DNA of 64,000 nt from Collinsella sp. (GCA_048291725.1 DBEZXW010000076.1:5733-69732); one strand, 5' to 3'. Shown: positions 36,187 through 46,821, counted from the stretch's first letter. The notes: generated by a model from the sequence alone, not told the origin. A program made the numbers and translations.

Positions 36187-36969
36187 CTAGCGACCTCCGG
36201 CCAGCACCAGATCCTGCAGCGCCGAGTACACCTCGACGCGGCGAGGATCATCCTGCTTGTCGATGAGCAGCGCCATGGCACCGCGGATATCGCCCTTGGG
36301 CGCGCCCTCGAGCGTGTCCATAAACTCGTTGGCCAGGTCGCGGCCGTAACGGTAGCCGCTCATGGCGCGAGCCTCGCGCTCGATGGCAACGCGCAGCTTG
36401 TACGGCACGCCGGGGTGCAGGATATCGGCCTGCTCGCCGGCGGCCTCCACCGTGGTCTCGGCATGGAGCTTTTGGTCCAGCAGACCGAGCGCCATGGCAA
36501 AGCCGTAGACGGTCTGCGCGGGGCTGGGCGGGCAGCCGGGGATATAGACATCGACCGGCAGAATCTTATCCGTGCCACCCCAGACGCAGTAGTTGTCGTA
36601 GAAGATGCCGCCGGTGCAGCCGCACGCGCCGTAGGACACCACAATCTTGGGATCGGGTGCGGCCTCAAAGGCGCGCAGGGCCGGCATGCGCATGGCACGC
36701 GTCACGGCGCCGGTGTACAGCAGCACATCGGCGTGACGGGGCGAGGGCACGACCTTGATGCCAAAGCGCTCGACGTCAAAGACGGGCGTGATGGAACCGA
36801 AGATCTCGATCTCGCAGCCGTTGCAGCCGCCGCAGTCAACACGGTAGACGTACACCGAGCGCTTGATCTTCTTAAGAAGGGTCGCCTTGGCCTTCTCGAT
36901 GCTCTCGTCGAGCTCGATCTTGGTCGGGCGGTACTGAAGCCGCTCGGGCAAAAGCGTGGGTTCGGCCAT
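36187..36969 (-). CDS. hyfI: [NiFe] hydrogenase small subunit of FHL (HycG/HyfI, NuoB-like)
   Basis: CGGCNGCEIE ... GCPP motifs of the NuoB/HycG family. Confidence 0.9.
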   Translation of the reverse strand: MAEPTLLPERLQYRPTKIELDESIEKAKATLLKKIKRSVYVYRVDCGGCNGCEIEIFGSITPVFDVERFGIKVVPSPRHADVLLYTGAVTRAMRMPALRAFEAAPDPKIVVSYGACGCTGGIFYDNYCVWGGTDKILPVDVYIPGCPPSPAQTVYGFAMALGLLDQKLHAETTVEAAGEQADILHPGVPYKLRVAIEREARAMSGYRYGRDLANEFMDTLEGAPKGDIRGAMALLIDKQDDPRRVEVYSALQDLVLAGGR

Positions 36970-36971
36970 GG

Positions 36972-37688
36972 TTACTCCTCCTTCGTATCAAAATCCATGA
37001 TGATGCCCTCGACCGGCGCCGGACCGGCGGGAATCTCGGGCGCATCGGGGTTGAGCTCGCGGTCGATATACTCCGGGTTCACGCCGTGGCCGCCCAGATA
37101 CTCCATGCCGGGGCCCTGGGGCTCACCGGACGCAAGCGTCTCGTTGGCAGCCATGCCGTGCGCGTTGCCGGTCTTTACGGCCGAGGCGGCGCGCAGGGCG
37201 TCGAGCTCGCGCTTGCACTCCTGGCACATACCGACGGTACGGGCGGCCTGCTCGGCCTCCATGCCGCCGGCCTTTTGCAGCAGGCGCTTGGCGTAGTCGA
37301 TCTCCTTGTGCGGGGCAAACGGCTTGCCGCAGCGCGAGCAGTGCTCGAGCGTATAGACGCTCTTGCTAGTGAGGTCGTCCTTGCTCATGACGGCCAGCTC
37401 AAACTCCTCGGTGAGCTTGATGGCCTCCATGGGGCAGGCTTCCTCGCAGCGGCCGCAGAAGATGCAGCGACCGTAGTCGATCGACCAGGTGATGGTATCG
37501 GCCGCAAGGTCGGTATCCATGCGAATGGCATCGGCCGGGCACGCCACGCCGCAGGCACCGCAGGCGATGCAGAGCTCGGCGTTGTGCTCGGGCTTGCCGC
37601 GCATGTCCTTGTTGGTGGGGAACGGCGCAAACGGGTACTTGACCGTCGCGTCGCCGGCCTTGGCGTTAACCTTCCAAAGCTTCAGCAT
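36972..37688 (-). CDS. hyfH: FHL 2x[4Fe-4S] ferredoxin subunit (HycF/HyfH, NuoI-like) with acidic/Pro-rich C-terminal extension
   Basis: CIACGACGVACP and CIFCGRCEEACP motifs plus CSRCGKPF...CQECKRE as in E. coli HycF. Start at the ATG at 37688 (MLKLWKV). About 65 extra C-terminal residues. Confidence 0.85.
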   Translation of the reverse strand: MLKLWKVNAKAGDATVKYPFAPFPTNKDMRGKPEHNAELCIACGACGVACPADAIRMDTDLAADTITWSIDYGRCIFCGRCEEACPMEAIKLTEEFELAVMSKDDLTSKSVYTLEHCSRCGKPFAPHKEIDYAKRLLQKAGGMEAEQAARTVGMCQECKRELDALRAASAVKTGNAHGMAANETLASGEPQGPGMEYLGGHGVNPEYIDRELNPDAPEIPAGPAPVEGIIMDFDTKEE

Positions 37689-37689
37689 A

Positions 37690-39462
37690 TTAGAGCGCCT
37701 CCTCATCGAGCGGAGCGGCCATGGTGCCCTCGCCCGCAAGCGGCGACTTGTCGCGCCAGACGTTCTCGAACTGCTCCTTGTCGAGCACGTGGTCACGCTT
37801 GGCGGCGACATCGGTCACCGTCACACGGTCGGTGCAGGAGTAGCACGGGTCGAGCGAGCCGACGATCAGCGCTGCATCGCCCACGGTGTTGCCGCGGAAC
37901 ATGTAGCGCAGGACCGGCCAGTTGCTGTACGTGGCGGCCTTGGCGCGCCAGCGGTAGCACTTCTGGTTATTACCGAGCATGGCCCAGTGCACGTCCTCGC
38001 CGCGCGGCGCCTCGGTGGCGCCGATGGCGTACTTGTGCGGGGTGTACTCCCAATCCGTGGTGAGGATGGGGCCCGACGGGCAGTTCTCAAGCATGGTCTC
38101 GATCATATCGATCGAATCGTAGACCTCCTGGATGCGAACGGCGGTACGGCCGAAGGCATCGCAGGTGTCGGCCGTGGCGGCGTGCATCTTTTGAACGTCC
38201 GGATCGGCGTAGCCGTCGAAGGGATGGTCAAAGCGCACGTCGCGGGCATAGCCCGAGCCACGCATGAGCGGGCCGACCGGCGAGAAGTCGCGTGCAATCT
38301 TGCGGTCCAAGATGCCGATACCGCTCGTACGCTCAATAAAGTTGGGCGTGGAGAGCAAGACGTCGACGAGCTCCTGAACCTCGGAGCGCAGCTGGTGGAT
38401 GGTCGTGAGCGTGGAGAGCTTCTGCTCGGCCAAAATGTCGCGACGCACGCCGCCGATCACGTTGAGGCCGTAGGTCTTGCGGTGACCGGAGAGCTTCTCG
38501 GCCAGGTCCATGGACTTCTCGCGGACGCGGAAGAACTGCTGGAAGCCGGAGTCGAAGCCCGTGTAGTGCGACGCCAGGCCAATGTTGAGCAGATGCGAGT
38601 GCAGACGCTCGACCTCAAGCATGATGGCACGGATGTACTGGGCGCGCGGCGGGACATGGATGCCCTGGGCGCGCTCGACGGCCTCGGCATAGGCCACCGA
38701 GTGGGCGCAGCCGCAGATGCCGCAGATGCGGTCGGCGAGGAAAGTCACGGCGTCATAGTTCAGGCGCGTCTCGGCGACCTTCTCCATGCCGCGGTGCACG
38801 TAGAACAGACGGTAGTCGGCGTCGACGATCGTCTCGCCCTCAACGAACAGGCGGAAGTGGCCGGGCTCGTCGGAGGTAATGTGCAACGGGCCCATGGGGA
38901 CAAGAGTCGTCTCCTTGCCCTTGGTATCGGCCAAGAACTCGTAGTTTTCCATGTCGCTCGCGGGAGCGGGACGGAAGCGGTAGTCCATCGAATCCTTGCG
39001 CAGCGGGTACAGGCCGCTGGGCCAATCGTCGGGCAGCACCAGGCGACGACGGTCGGGCAGACCCTCGGGGATCAGGCCGAACATGTCGCGAAGCTCGCGC
39101 TCGCCCCACACGCAGGCGGGGACGAACGGCGTCACGGACGGGAACGTCATCTTGGCGGGATCGACCTCGGTGCGCACGGTCACCCAGCCGGGGTCCTCCC
39201 CCTCCATGGAGATGACGTAATACACGGCGTAACGGCCGCACAGACTGCGCTCGTCGTTGCCGATGATCACGGGAATCCAGCCGTAGCGCTCGTAATACAG
39301 GTAGTGGACGGCCTCGGGCAGCTTGTCCTGCTTGACGGTGATCGTCAGCTGGTCCTCGCACTGCCACTCAACCTTCTCGATAGCGCCCGGCACTGCGGCG
39401 CGCAGGGCCTCGACGTGGCTTTCGCAACGACGAGCGTAGTCCTTCTTTTCAGGTTCTGCCAT
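37690..39462 (-). CDS. hyfG: [NiFe] hydrogenase large subunit of FHL (HycE/HyfG, fused NuoC-NuoD-like)
   Basis: N-terminal NiFe motif RICGICG and C-terminal DPCYSCTDR, followed by a cleavable tail of about 41 aa (HycI substrate). Confidence 0.95.
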   Translation of the reverse strand: MAEPEKKDYARRCESHVEALRAAVPGAIEKVEWQCEDQLTITVKQDKLPEAVHYLYYERYGWIPVIIGNDERSLCGRYAVYYVISMEGEDPGWVTVRTEVDPAKMTFPSVTPFVPACVWGERELRDMFGLIPEGLPDRRRLVLPDDWPSGLYPLRKDSMDYRFRPAPASDMENYEFLADTKGKETTLVPMGPLHITSDEPGHFRLFVEGETIVDADYRLFYVHRGMEKVAETRLNYDAVTFLADRICGICGCAHSVAYAEAVERAQGIHVPPRAQYIRAIMLEVERLHSHLLNIGLASHYTGFDSGFQQFFRVREKSMDLAEKLSGHRKTYGLNVIGGVRRDILAEQKLSTLTTIHQLRSEVQELVDVLLSTPNFIERTSGIGILDRKIARDFSPVGPLMRGSGYARDVRFDHPFDGYADPDVQKMHAATADTCDAFGRTAVRIQEVYDSIDMIETMLENCPSGPILTTDWEYTPHKYAIGATEAPRGEDVHWAMLGNNQKCYRWRAKAATYSNWPVLRYMFRGNTVGDAALIVGSLDPCYSCTDRVTVTDVAAKRDHVLDKEQFENVWRDKSPLAGEGTMAAPLDEEAL

Positions 39463-39466
39463 GGTG

Positions 39467-41032
39467 CTAATTCACCTCGCTTGTCTTGGTCTGGGAACTG
39501 AACACCATGCGGTAGAGAGGAGCCTCGTGGAGCTCTTCGACGCTCTGGTTCAAAACGACGGACGTTGCATCCTCGACGCCGCTCGTGATGGCGACCGGGG
39601 TGGCGATACCGAACCACATGACCACGATCGCGAGGGCGATCTCGGGGATGATCATGAGGGCGGGCACCTCGTGGCGCTTCATGCCCTCGGGCGCCTTGCC
39701 GAAGATGGACTTGAGCGCGATGCCGGTAAGGGCAAAGTACACGCCGGTGAGGCCAATGGCCACGAGCACGACCACCCAGATGGGACCGGACTGGACGCCG
39801 GCCACGAAGGTGAGGAACTCGGAGATGAACAGGGCGAACGGCGGGAAGGCGGCGAGCGCGAGCAGGGCGATGATGGTGAGCGCTGCCGTGACGGGAGCGA
39901 TCTCGACGACGCCCTTGATCTTGTTCAGGTCGCGGGTGTGGTAGATGTGCTGGATGTTACCGGCCATGCAGAAGGCGAGCGCCTTCGTGAAACCGTGGAA
40001 GATGCAGTGCAGCAGGCAGGCGGCGATACCGAGCGGACCACCGATACCCAGGCACAGCGCGACCACGCCGACGTTGTCGACGGAGGAGTACGCGAAGCGG
40101 CGCTTGATATCGTCCTGCTTAAAGATGCACAGGGCGGCCACCAGGATGGACAGCGTGCCCAGGATGAGCAGGAGCGTACGCGGATAGGTGTCGCCCACCG
40201 TGATGATGGACAGGGAGTAGAAGCGGATGATCACCAGCATGGCGCACTTGAGCAGCACGCCCGAGAGCAGCGCGGAGACCGGGCTCGGAGCCTGGGAGTG
40301 CGCGTCGGGCAGCCAAGTGTGCATGGGGAACAGGCCCGCCTTGGTGCCGAAGCCGATGACGATGAACGCGAACGCGAGGCGCACGAGCATCGGGTCGAAC
40401 TGGTCGGCGTAGGGCATGATGGAGGTGAGGAAGGCTGCCTCATGCGCGTTGGGCATGATATCGGCGGCGTTCGCGTAGATGAGCAGCGTGCCGAACAGGC
40501 CGAAGGCCACGCCGGCGGTGCAGACCATCGCGTACTTCCAAGACGCCTCGAGCGCCTGCTTGTTCTTGTAGATGCCCACGAGGAACACGGTCGACAACGT
40601 GGTGGCCTCGACCGCCGCCCAGGTGAGGATGATGTTGTTGGACAGGCAGGCGAGCAGCATCGTGAAAACGAACAGGCTAAACAGCGCGTAGTACTGCTTG
40701 GTGCGCTCGGCCGGCATGGTCTTCTCCTCGATATCGATCTTGATATAGGAGATGGAGTACACGCCGGTGATGAACCCGATGATGCCTACCAGAAGGACGA
40801 AGATCGACGAGAGCGAATCGAGATGGAGCCACAGGCCCAAAGCGTCGATATTCTGCCCGCTCGAGAGCATGGTTCCCGCGGTGACGACCGAAAGGACGAG
40901 GGTCGCCGCGACGGAGATGGTGTTGAGCCCCGCAAAGACGCTGTAGGACGTCGTCTTGGGGAGCGCAGCCATAATCAGGGAGAACACGAGGGGACAAGCG
41001 AGCAGGGCGACCGTCAGCATTGAAACATCCAT
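39467..41032 (-). CDS. hyfF: Hydrogenase-4 membrane subunit F (NuoN/Mrp antiporter-like)
   Basis: 521-aa polytopic protein of the NuoL/M/N family in the position of hyfF. Confidence 0.85.
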   Translation of the reverse strand: MDVSMLTVALLACPLVFSLIMAALPKTTSYSVFAGLNTISVAATLVLSVVTAGTMLSSGQNIDALGLWLHLDSLSSIFVLLVGIIGFITGVYSISYIKIDIEEKTMPAERTKQYYALFSLFVFTMLLACLSNNIILTWAAVEATTLSTVFLVGIYKNKQALEASWKYAMVCTAGVAFGLFGTLLIYANAADIMPNAHEAAFLTSIMPYADQFDPMLVRLAFAFIVIGFGTKAGLFPMHTWLPDAHSQAPSPVSALLSGVLLKCAMLVIIRFYSLSIITVGDTYPRTLLLILGTLSILVAALCIFKQDDIKRRFAYSSVDNVGVVALCLGIGGPLGIAACLLHCIFHGFTKALAFCMAGNIQHIYHTRDLNKIKGVVEIAPVTAALTIIALLALAAFPPFALFISEFLTFVAGVQSGPIWVVVLVAIGLTGVYFALTGIALKSIFGKAPEGMKRHEVPALMIIPEIALAIVVMWFGIATPVAITSGVEDATSVVLNQSVEELHEAPLYRMVFSSQTKTSEVN

Positions 41033-41035
41033 GGC

Positions 41036-41689
41036 CTACCCCTTCAATTCGGTCAGGTCGTGGGAGTCGAGCGACTTGGTGTCGTTCCAGATCCTCACGA
41101 CGACGGCGGACATGATGATGACGGCGAAAATGGCGTCGGTGGCGATGCCGATCTCGATGATCTCGGGGGCCGTAGGCGCGAGCAGGGCGAGCGTCACGTG
41201 GCTACCGTTCTCCATAAGGCAGTACCCGAAGATTTGCTTGAGGATGTTGCGCTGGGAGATGATGCACGTGAGGCCGACGAAGAAGTGCGCGAAGCTGATG
41301 GCGAGGGCCGGAGTAGCCACCTCAGCGGTGGGCAGGCTCAGGCGCGTGACCACCGCGAAGCAGATGGCCACCTCCAGACCGGTGAGGATGATGGTCCAGG
41401 CCGACTTGATGGAGGAGGTCAGCGTGCTATCGGCAGGCGAACCCATCTTTTTGTAGGCACGGTTGAGAATGAACGGAACGAGGATCACCTTGGTGACGAA
41501 GGCCGACGCGGCCCACATGAGAAGCTCGGTGGCACCGGTGGTGAGGCCCAGGGTGAGCAGCACGCCCACCAGGACAACCGACTGGATCGCGTACCACTTA
41601 ATGGCGGACGGGATGGTCTTCGAGACGACCACCATGGTGGAGGTCACGATCAGAAGACCGCCCAGGATATTGACTAACGAATAACCCAT
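41036..41689 (-). CDS. hyfE: Hydrogenase-4 membrane subunit E
   Basis: 217 aa, about 6-7 TM helices, in the syntenic position of hyfE. Confidence 0.8.
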   Translation of the reverse strand: MGYSLVNILGGLLIVTSTMVVVSKTIPSAIKWYAIQSVVLVGVLLTLGLTTGATELLMWAASAFVTKVILVPFILNRAYKKMGSPADSTLTSSIKSAWTIILTGLEVAICFAVVTRLSLPTAEVATPALAISFAHFFVGLTCIISQRNILKQIFGYCLMENGSHVTLALLAPTAPEIIEIGIATDAIFAVIIMSAVVVRIWNDTKSLDSHDLTELKG

Positions 41690-41699
41690 GTCCTACCTC

Positions 41700-43157
41700 C
41701 TAACCCATCCAACTAGAGGACAGAGGACCGGCGACGACGACCATGATCATGAGGACGACGAACACGAACGCCATGGCGCGCGGAAGGGGCTGGCCGGCGG
41801 CCACGGTCTCGCTCGGCTCACCGGGCAGGACCTTACCCATCCAACGCAGGAACCATGCGAAGGTGGCGACGGTCTCGACGACCATGACGCACACGAGGAC
41901 GAAGATGACCGTGTTGGAAACACCAACCGCGAAGCCACCGGAAATAATCTGGAACTTGGAGAAGAACGTGCTCATGGGGGGCACGCCGGCGATAGCGGTC
42001 GCGGCGACCGCGAAGCCCACGCCCGTGACCGGGTACTTCTTCATGAGGCCCTGGATCTTGGGCAACATACGGGTTCCCAGCGTGAAGCTGAGGGAGCCGG
42101 CGATGAGGAAGAACAGGGTCTTGGTGAACGCGTGGTTGAAGATGTGCTCGACGGCGCCGTTGAACGCCATCTGGCTTCCGAACACGGAGAGGCCCAGGCC
42201 GAAGAACACGTAGGCGAGCTGCGCGATCGTCGAGAAGGCGAGCAGGCGCTTCATATCCTTCTGGGGCAGGTACATGAGGAAGCCGAAGAGCATGGTCACG
42301 ACGGCGTCGATGATGGCGACCCAACCGACGATCTCGGGGATATCGCCGGCACTCGCAAGAGCGCGGGCGAACACGCACACGCCGACCTTCACCATGGACG
42401 CGCCATGGAGGTAGGCGGAAACGGGCGTGGGGGCCTCCATTGCGGAGGGCAGCCACATGTAGAGCGGGAACTGGGCGGACTTGGCCCAAGCGGCGAACAG
42501 GATGAGCAGCAGCACGACGGTCTTCATACCGGAATCGAGCTGGGAGATCGCGCTCAGCGCGAACGTGCCGGTTCCGGCGAACAGGAAGGCCGCGCCGATG
42601 TAGAGTCCCAGAGCGCCGATATGGGTGATGATGAGCGCCTTCATACCGGCCTTCTTGGCCGTGGGCGTCATGTAGTAGCTGATGAGGCCCCAGGAGCACA
42701 CGCCGGTGATCTCGAAGAAAACGAGCTGGCCGACGATGGTGGAGCTGTAGGCGAGACCGGCCATGCCGCCGATGAACGTGGAGAAGTACACGTAGAAGCG
42801 GCGACGGGGCGCGTCGGGATGCTCCTTGTTCTTATCGCTCATGTACGGGAACGAATAGATGACGACGAGCAGGCCGATAGCGACGAACGCGGGTGCGAGC
42901 AGCGTGCTCATCCGGTCGAATATGAAGCCCATGACCAAGGTCTGGCCCATACTCGCCCAGGTTACATCGACCGCGTTCATGCCGTTTCCGGCAAACGTCG
43001 CGGCCAAGCCAACGGAAGCGACCGTGGCGATGCCGCCGGCAAAGGCGCAGATCCATTTAGCGTAGGGACGCGGCAGCATGACGATGAGCAGGGAGCCCAG
43101 CATGGGGACGGCGATCGCCACCATGGCAAAGAGGGACAAGCTCGATTCGATTGACAT
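41700..43157 (-). CDS. hyfD: Hydrogenase-4 membrane subunit D (NuoM/antiporter-like)
   Basis: 485-aa NuoL/M/N-family protein in the syntenic position of hyfD. Confidence 0.85.
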   Translation of the reverse strand: MSIESSLSLFAMVAIAVPMLGSLLIVMLPRPYAKWICAFAGGIATVASVGLAATFAGNGMNAVDVTWASMGQTLVMGFIFDRMSTLLAPAFVAIGLLVVIYSFPYMSDKNKEHPDAPRRRFYVYFSTFIGGMAGLAYSSTIVGQLVFFEITGVCSWGLISYYMTPTAKKAGMKALIITHIGALGLYIGAAFLFAGTGTFALSAISQLDSGMKTVVLLLILFAAWAKSAQFPLYMWLPSAMEAPTPVSAYLHGASMVKVGVCVFARALASAGDIPEIVGWVAIIDAVVTMLFGFLMYLPQKDMKRLLAFSTIAQLAYVFFGLGLSVFGSQMAFNGAVEHIFNHAFTKTLFFLIAGSLSFTLGTRMLPKIQGLMKKYPVTGVGFAVAATAIAGVPPMSTFFSKFQIISGGFAVGVSNTVIFVLVCVMVVETVATFAWFLRWMGKVLPGEPSETVAAGQPLPRAMAFVFVVLMIMVVVAGPLSSSWMG

Positions 43158-43173
43158 AGTTTCTCCCTTCTCC

Positions 43174-44097
43174 CTACACGCCTACGACGACGAAGACGAA
43201 CGCGAGGACCGCGATGCCGACGACGGCCCAGGTCTGGTTACCGAGCACCTTGAAGCGCGAACGGGAAACGGAGTTCTCGAGCACGCCGCAGACAACGAAA
43301 TCGACCAGGCACTTGACAAGGAAGACGATGGCGCCCACGAGAGCGGTGACGCCGATGGTCGCGGGCTCTCCCCAGGGGATGAAGATGGAGGTGAACCAAG
43401 CGACGACCACGACCTGCTTCATGCCCATGGCGAGCTTCATCATGGCCAGGGACGGGCCGGAGAGCTCGGCGAGCGGGCCCTCCTGGAGCTCCTGCTCGGC
43501 TTCGGCCTGATCGAACGGCAGCTTGCCGAGCTCCATATAGCAGGCGGCCGCGAAGGCGACGCCGGCGAGGATGACGGCGACGACGCTCGAGACGTTGCCC
43601 GTAACGATGTGCTGACCCATGGTCGCAATGTCCGTGGAGCCGCACACGATGGCGACGGTAAACAGCGCGATGAGCATGGACGGCTCGATGAGCACGCTCA
43701 TGAGGAGCTCGCGGATACCGCCGAAGCCCGCGTAGGCGTTGGAGGAATCCACGCCGGACAGCGCGAAGAAGAAGCGGGACAGCGCGAGCGCGTACATGAT
43801 GGTGATGGCGTCACCAAAGACGGGCATGGGGCTCTCGAGCGTGAACATGGGCAGGCCCATGGCGAGCATGAACGACACCGCGAGGAACAGCGGCGGCATG
43901 ATGCGCAGCACGAAGCTCGAGTCGGAACTCACGGACTCGGGACGCGCCATGAGCTTCGCGAGGTCCCGGTAATCCTGAAGGATGGACGGACCGCGGCGAT
44001 TGTGCATCTTCGCGCGAATCACACGGGCGAGGCCGGAGAAGAAGGGCGCGACCAGCATGACCACGAGGCCCTGCGCTATCGCAAGAACGATGTTCAT
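43174..44097 (-). CDS. hyfC: FHL membrane subunit HycD/HyfC (NuoH-like)
   Basis: 307 aa. NuoH-type pattern (RGPSILQDYRDLAKL, ELQEGP). Confidence 0.9.
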   Translation of the reverse strand: MNIVLAIAQGLVVMLVAPFFSGLARVIRAKMHNRRGPSILQDYRDLAKLMARPESVSSDSSFVLRIMPPLFLAVSFMLAMGLPMFTLESPMPVFGDAITIMYALALSRFFFALSGVDSSNAYAGFGGIRELLMSVLIEPSMLIALFTVAIVCGSTDIATMGQHIVTGNVSSVVAVILAGVAFAAACYMELGKLPFDQAEAEQELQEGPLAELSGPSLAMMKLAMGMKQVVVVAWFTSIFIPWGEPATIGVTALVGAIVFLVKCLVDFVVCGVLENSVSRSRFKVLGNQTWAVVGIAVLAFVFVVVGV

Positions 44098-44114
44098 AAT
44101 ATCCTCTCCCCTCT

Positions 44115-46133
44115 CTAGACCATGACCACGGCGAGCACGAGGAAGACCACGAGCGCCGCGACGATGTAGCAGATGTATACGGAGTAGTTGCCGCCCTCGA
44201 TCTTGGAGGCGAGGCCGGCCAGCTTATCGGCACCCTCGCTCGGTGCATCGACCAGGAAGCGGTCGGGCAGGGGCTCAACGCCCTGGGCGACACCGGTGAG
44301 CTTCTGGAACACGTGCGCGATGGACCAGCAGATCTTGGTGCATACCTCGCGCAGGGTGTAGAGCGGGCCCATGAAGAGCTCTACGTCTGACGCGAAGCTC
44401 GTGGCGACGACGGGCATGTGCTCGTTGGGCTCGTAGCCGCATGCCCAAGGGTCGGTCTTCTTAGCGGGGGCCTTGGTGCCGAGGCAGGACCTCAACACGA
44501 ACGCGAGGCCGGTGAGGACCACGAGCGCGATGGCGATCGCGGGGGTGGAGGTGGCGGCACCGGAAATCTCGTTCACCAGAGACACGCCCGAGGTGGGTGT
44601 GATGGCAGAGCCGGCAAGCACGCTCTGGGCGACGTCGCCCAGAACCGGGGCGATGACGGGAGAGCCGATTCCCAGCACCACGCAGATGGCCGCGAGGAGC
44701 ATCTGCGAGAACAACATCGGAGCCGGGGACTCCTTGGCGTTCGCGGCCTCCTGGGAACGAGGGCTGCTCGCGAACGAGACGCCGTAGGCCTTCACGAAGC
44801 ACGTGACGGCCAGGGCACCGGTGATGGCGAGGGCGGCCGCGGAGGCGACGGCGAACACCATGACGACCGGGTCGGAGAGCGTCGAGATGTTGAACAGGGA
44901 CTGGTAGGTGAACCACTCGGAAACGAAGCCGTTGAGCGGCGGGATAGCCGAGATGGCAAGGGCACCGATGAGGAAGCAGACGGCCGTGACCGGCATACGG
45001 CGGAACAGGCCGCCCATCTTCTCCATGTTGCGCGTACCCGTGGCATAGAGCAGGGAGCCCGCGCCGAGGAACAGCTCGCCCTTGAACATGGCGTGGTTGA
45101 GCGTGTGGTAGAGGGCGGCCATGAGCGCGATCGTCGCGATGACGTCGTTGCCCAGGGCGTGCGCCGTCATGGACGCGCCGACACCGAGCAAGATGATGCC
45201 GATATTCTCGACGGAGTGGTAGGCCAGCAGGCGCTTAATGTCGTGCTCGTGGAGGGCGTAGACGACGCCCAGGACCGACGAGATGGATCCAAAGACCAGG
45301 ACCATGAGGCCCCACCAGAGCTGGACGCCCGAACCCGCGAGCAGGTCGAGACCGACCTTGAGGATTCCCAGGATGCCGATCTTGATCATGCCGCCGGACA
45401 TGAGGGCGGACACGTTGGACGGCGCCTCGGGGTGCGCCTGGGGCAGCCAGGAGTGCAGCGGGATGATACCGGCCTTTGCGCCGAATCCGAAGAACGCGAG
45501 GACGAAGCACGCGGAGGAGACGGCGGGTCCAAAGTCATGCGTACGGAAATCACTGAAGCTGAAGGAACCGCCCACGCCGTTGGTCATGAGCAGGAAGCTC
45601 GCCATGATAAGGACAAAGCCCACGTGCGCGATGACGAAGTAGAGCCAACCGCCCCTAATGGAGTTCTTGTTCTCCTCGATAACGACAAGGAAGTAGCTCG
45701 TAAGGGACATGAGCTCAAAGGCGACCAGGAACCAGAACACGTTGTCGGCGGTGATGACGAGCATCATCGAGGCGACGAAGGTGTTCATGAAGAAACCGGC
45801 GCGCCCGACCTTGCCCGGGTACTCATCGAAGTAGGACAGACCGTAGATGAAGCCCGCAAAGGCGAGGATTGAGATGAGGACCACGATCAGGCCCGCAAGG
45901 CCGTTGAGCAAGAGCTCGAGACGGGCGAACGGGAAAAAGAAGACCGTGTTGAGGGACGAAACGTCGCCAAGCACGGCCTCGAGGCCCGCGATGAACGACA
46001 GCACGGCCGCGATGGCGCCGATCAGGCAGCCGGCGGTCTTGGCGGCGTTGTCGGCCTTAATCAGCAGAACCGAGGCGAGCGCACCGATGCACGAGACGGC
46101 AAGCGATGCGATAAACAGCGTCATGCTATCCAT
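44115..46133 (-). CDS. hyfB: FHL membrane subunit HycC/HyfB (NuoL-like)
   Basis: 672-aa antiporter-like subunit. Overlaps the hyfA stop by 8 nt. Confidence 0.9.
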   Translation of the reverse strand: MDSMTLFIASLAVSCIGALASVLLIKADNAAKTAGCLIGAIAAVLSFIAGLEAVLGDVSSLNTVFFFPFARLELLLNGLAGLIVVLISILAFAGFIYGLSYFDEYPGKVGRAGFFMNTFVASMMLVITADNVFWFLVAFELMSLTSYFLVVIEENKNSIRGGWLYFVIAHVGFVLIMASFLLMTNGVGGSFSFSDFRTHDFGPAVSSACFVLAFFGFGAKAGIIPLHSWLPQAHPEAPSNVSALMSGGMIKIGILGILKVGLDLLAGSGVQLWWGLMVLVFGSISSVLGVVYALHEHDIKRLLAYHSVENIGIILLGVGASMTAHALGNDVIATIALMAALYHTLNHAMFKGELFLGAGSLLYATGTRNMEKMGGLFRRMPVTAVCFLIGALAISAIPPLNGFVSEWFTYQSLFNISTLSDPVVMVFAVASAAALAITGALAVTCFVKAYGVSFASSPRSQEAANAKESPAPMLFSQMLLAAICVVLGIGSPVIAPVLGDVAQSVLAGSAITPTSGVSLVNEISGAATSTPAIAIALVVLTGLAFVLRSCLGTKAPAKKTDPWACGYEPNEHMPVVATSFASDVELFMGPLYTLREVCTKICWSIAHVFQKLTGVAQGVEPLPDRFLVDAPSEGADKLAGLASKIEGGNYSVYICYIVAALVVFLVLAVVMV

Positions 46134-46743
46134 TGTTTACGCTCCCTTCTGCTTTCTCGGACAGGCCCTGGGCCACAGCGGTAACATCGACGGCCGGACC
46201 GTTTTCGATCGAGCGCAGGCGCTTGGCCTCGTCGAGCTCGCGATCGGCCGCGCCGCCCATGACGGTCAGCGCCTTGGTGGGGCACGCCGCCACACAATGC
46301 GGGCCGTCCGGATCGAAGGCGCACAGGTCGCACTTGACAGCGCAGGTGTACTGGCCGGGAGCCCACGTAAGCAGGCTGCTCAGGGACTTAGGATACGAAG
46401 GCGTCGGGTCGCACATGCCTGCGACACCGGCGATAGACGTGCCATCGGGATGGATGGCTCCGAAGGGGCATGCGATGGCGCACAGCCTGCACCCGATGCA
46501 CTCCTGCTCCTTGACGTGGATGCGATCGCCATCGTGCTCGATGGCATTCACCGGGCAGACCTCGGCGCAGGGGGCACCCTCGCAATGGTGGCAGGCAAGG
46601 GCGGCCGAAATACCGCCGGTCTTCACGAGCGCCAGGCGCGGCGTATCCTGAAGACCCTGCATCCGGTGAGCGTCGGCACAGGCGGACTGGCATGTTCCGC
46701 AGCCGATGCACCTCTCCGGGTTGATGTCGATGAAGCGGTTCAT
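46126..46743 (-). CDS. hyfA: FHL 4x[4Fe-4S] ferredoxin HycB/HyfA
   Basis: MNRFIDINPERCIGCGTCQSAC ... PRLALVKT ... CHHCEGAPC ... VKCDLCAF..GP.CV.ACP closely parallels E. coli HycB. Start at the ATG at 46743 after AAGGAAG. Confidence 0.9.
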   Translation of the reverse strand: MNRFIDINPERCIGCGTCQSACADAHRMQGLQDTPRLALVKTGGISAALACHHCEGAPCAEVCPVNAIEHDGDRIHVKEQECIGCRLCAIACPFGAIHPDGTSIAGVAGMCDPTPSYPKSLSSLLTWAPGQYTCAVKCDLCAFDPDGPHCVAACPTKALTVMGGAADRELDEAKRLRSIENGPAVDVTAVAQGLSEKAEGSVNNG

Positions 46744-46821
46744 CCCCACTTCCTTTCAAAATAACGGGCCGGGCTCCCGAACGTACGGGACGCCCGGCCC
46801 AAAAAGCCAACGAGAACGGGA

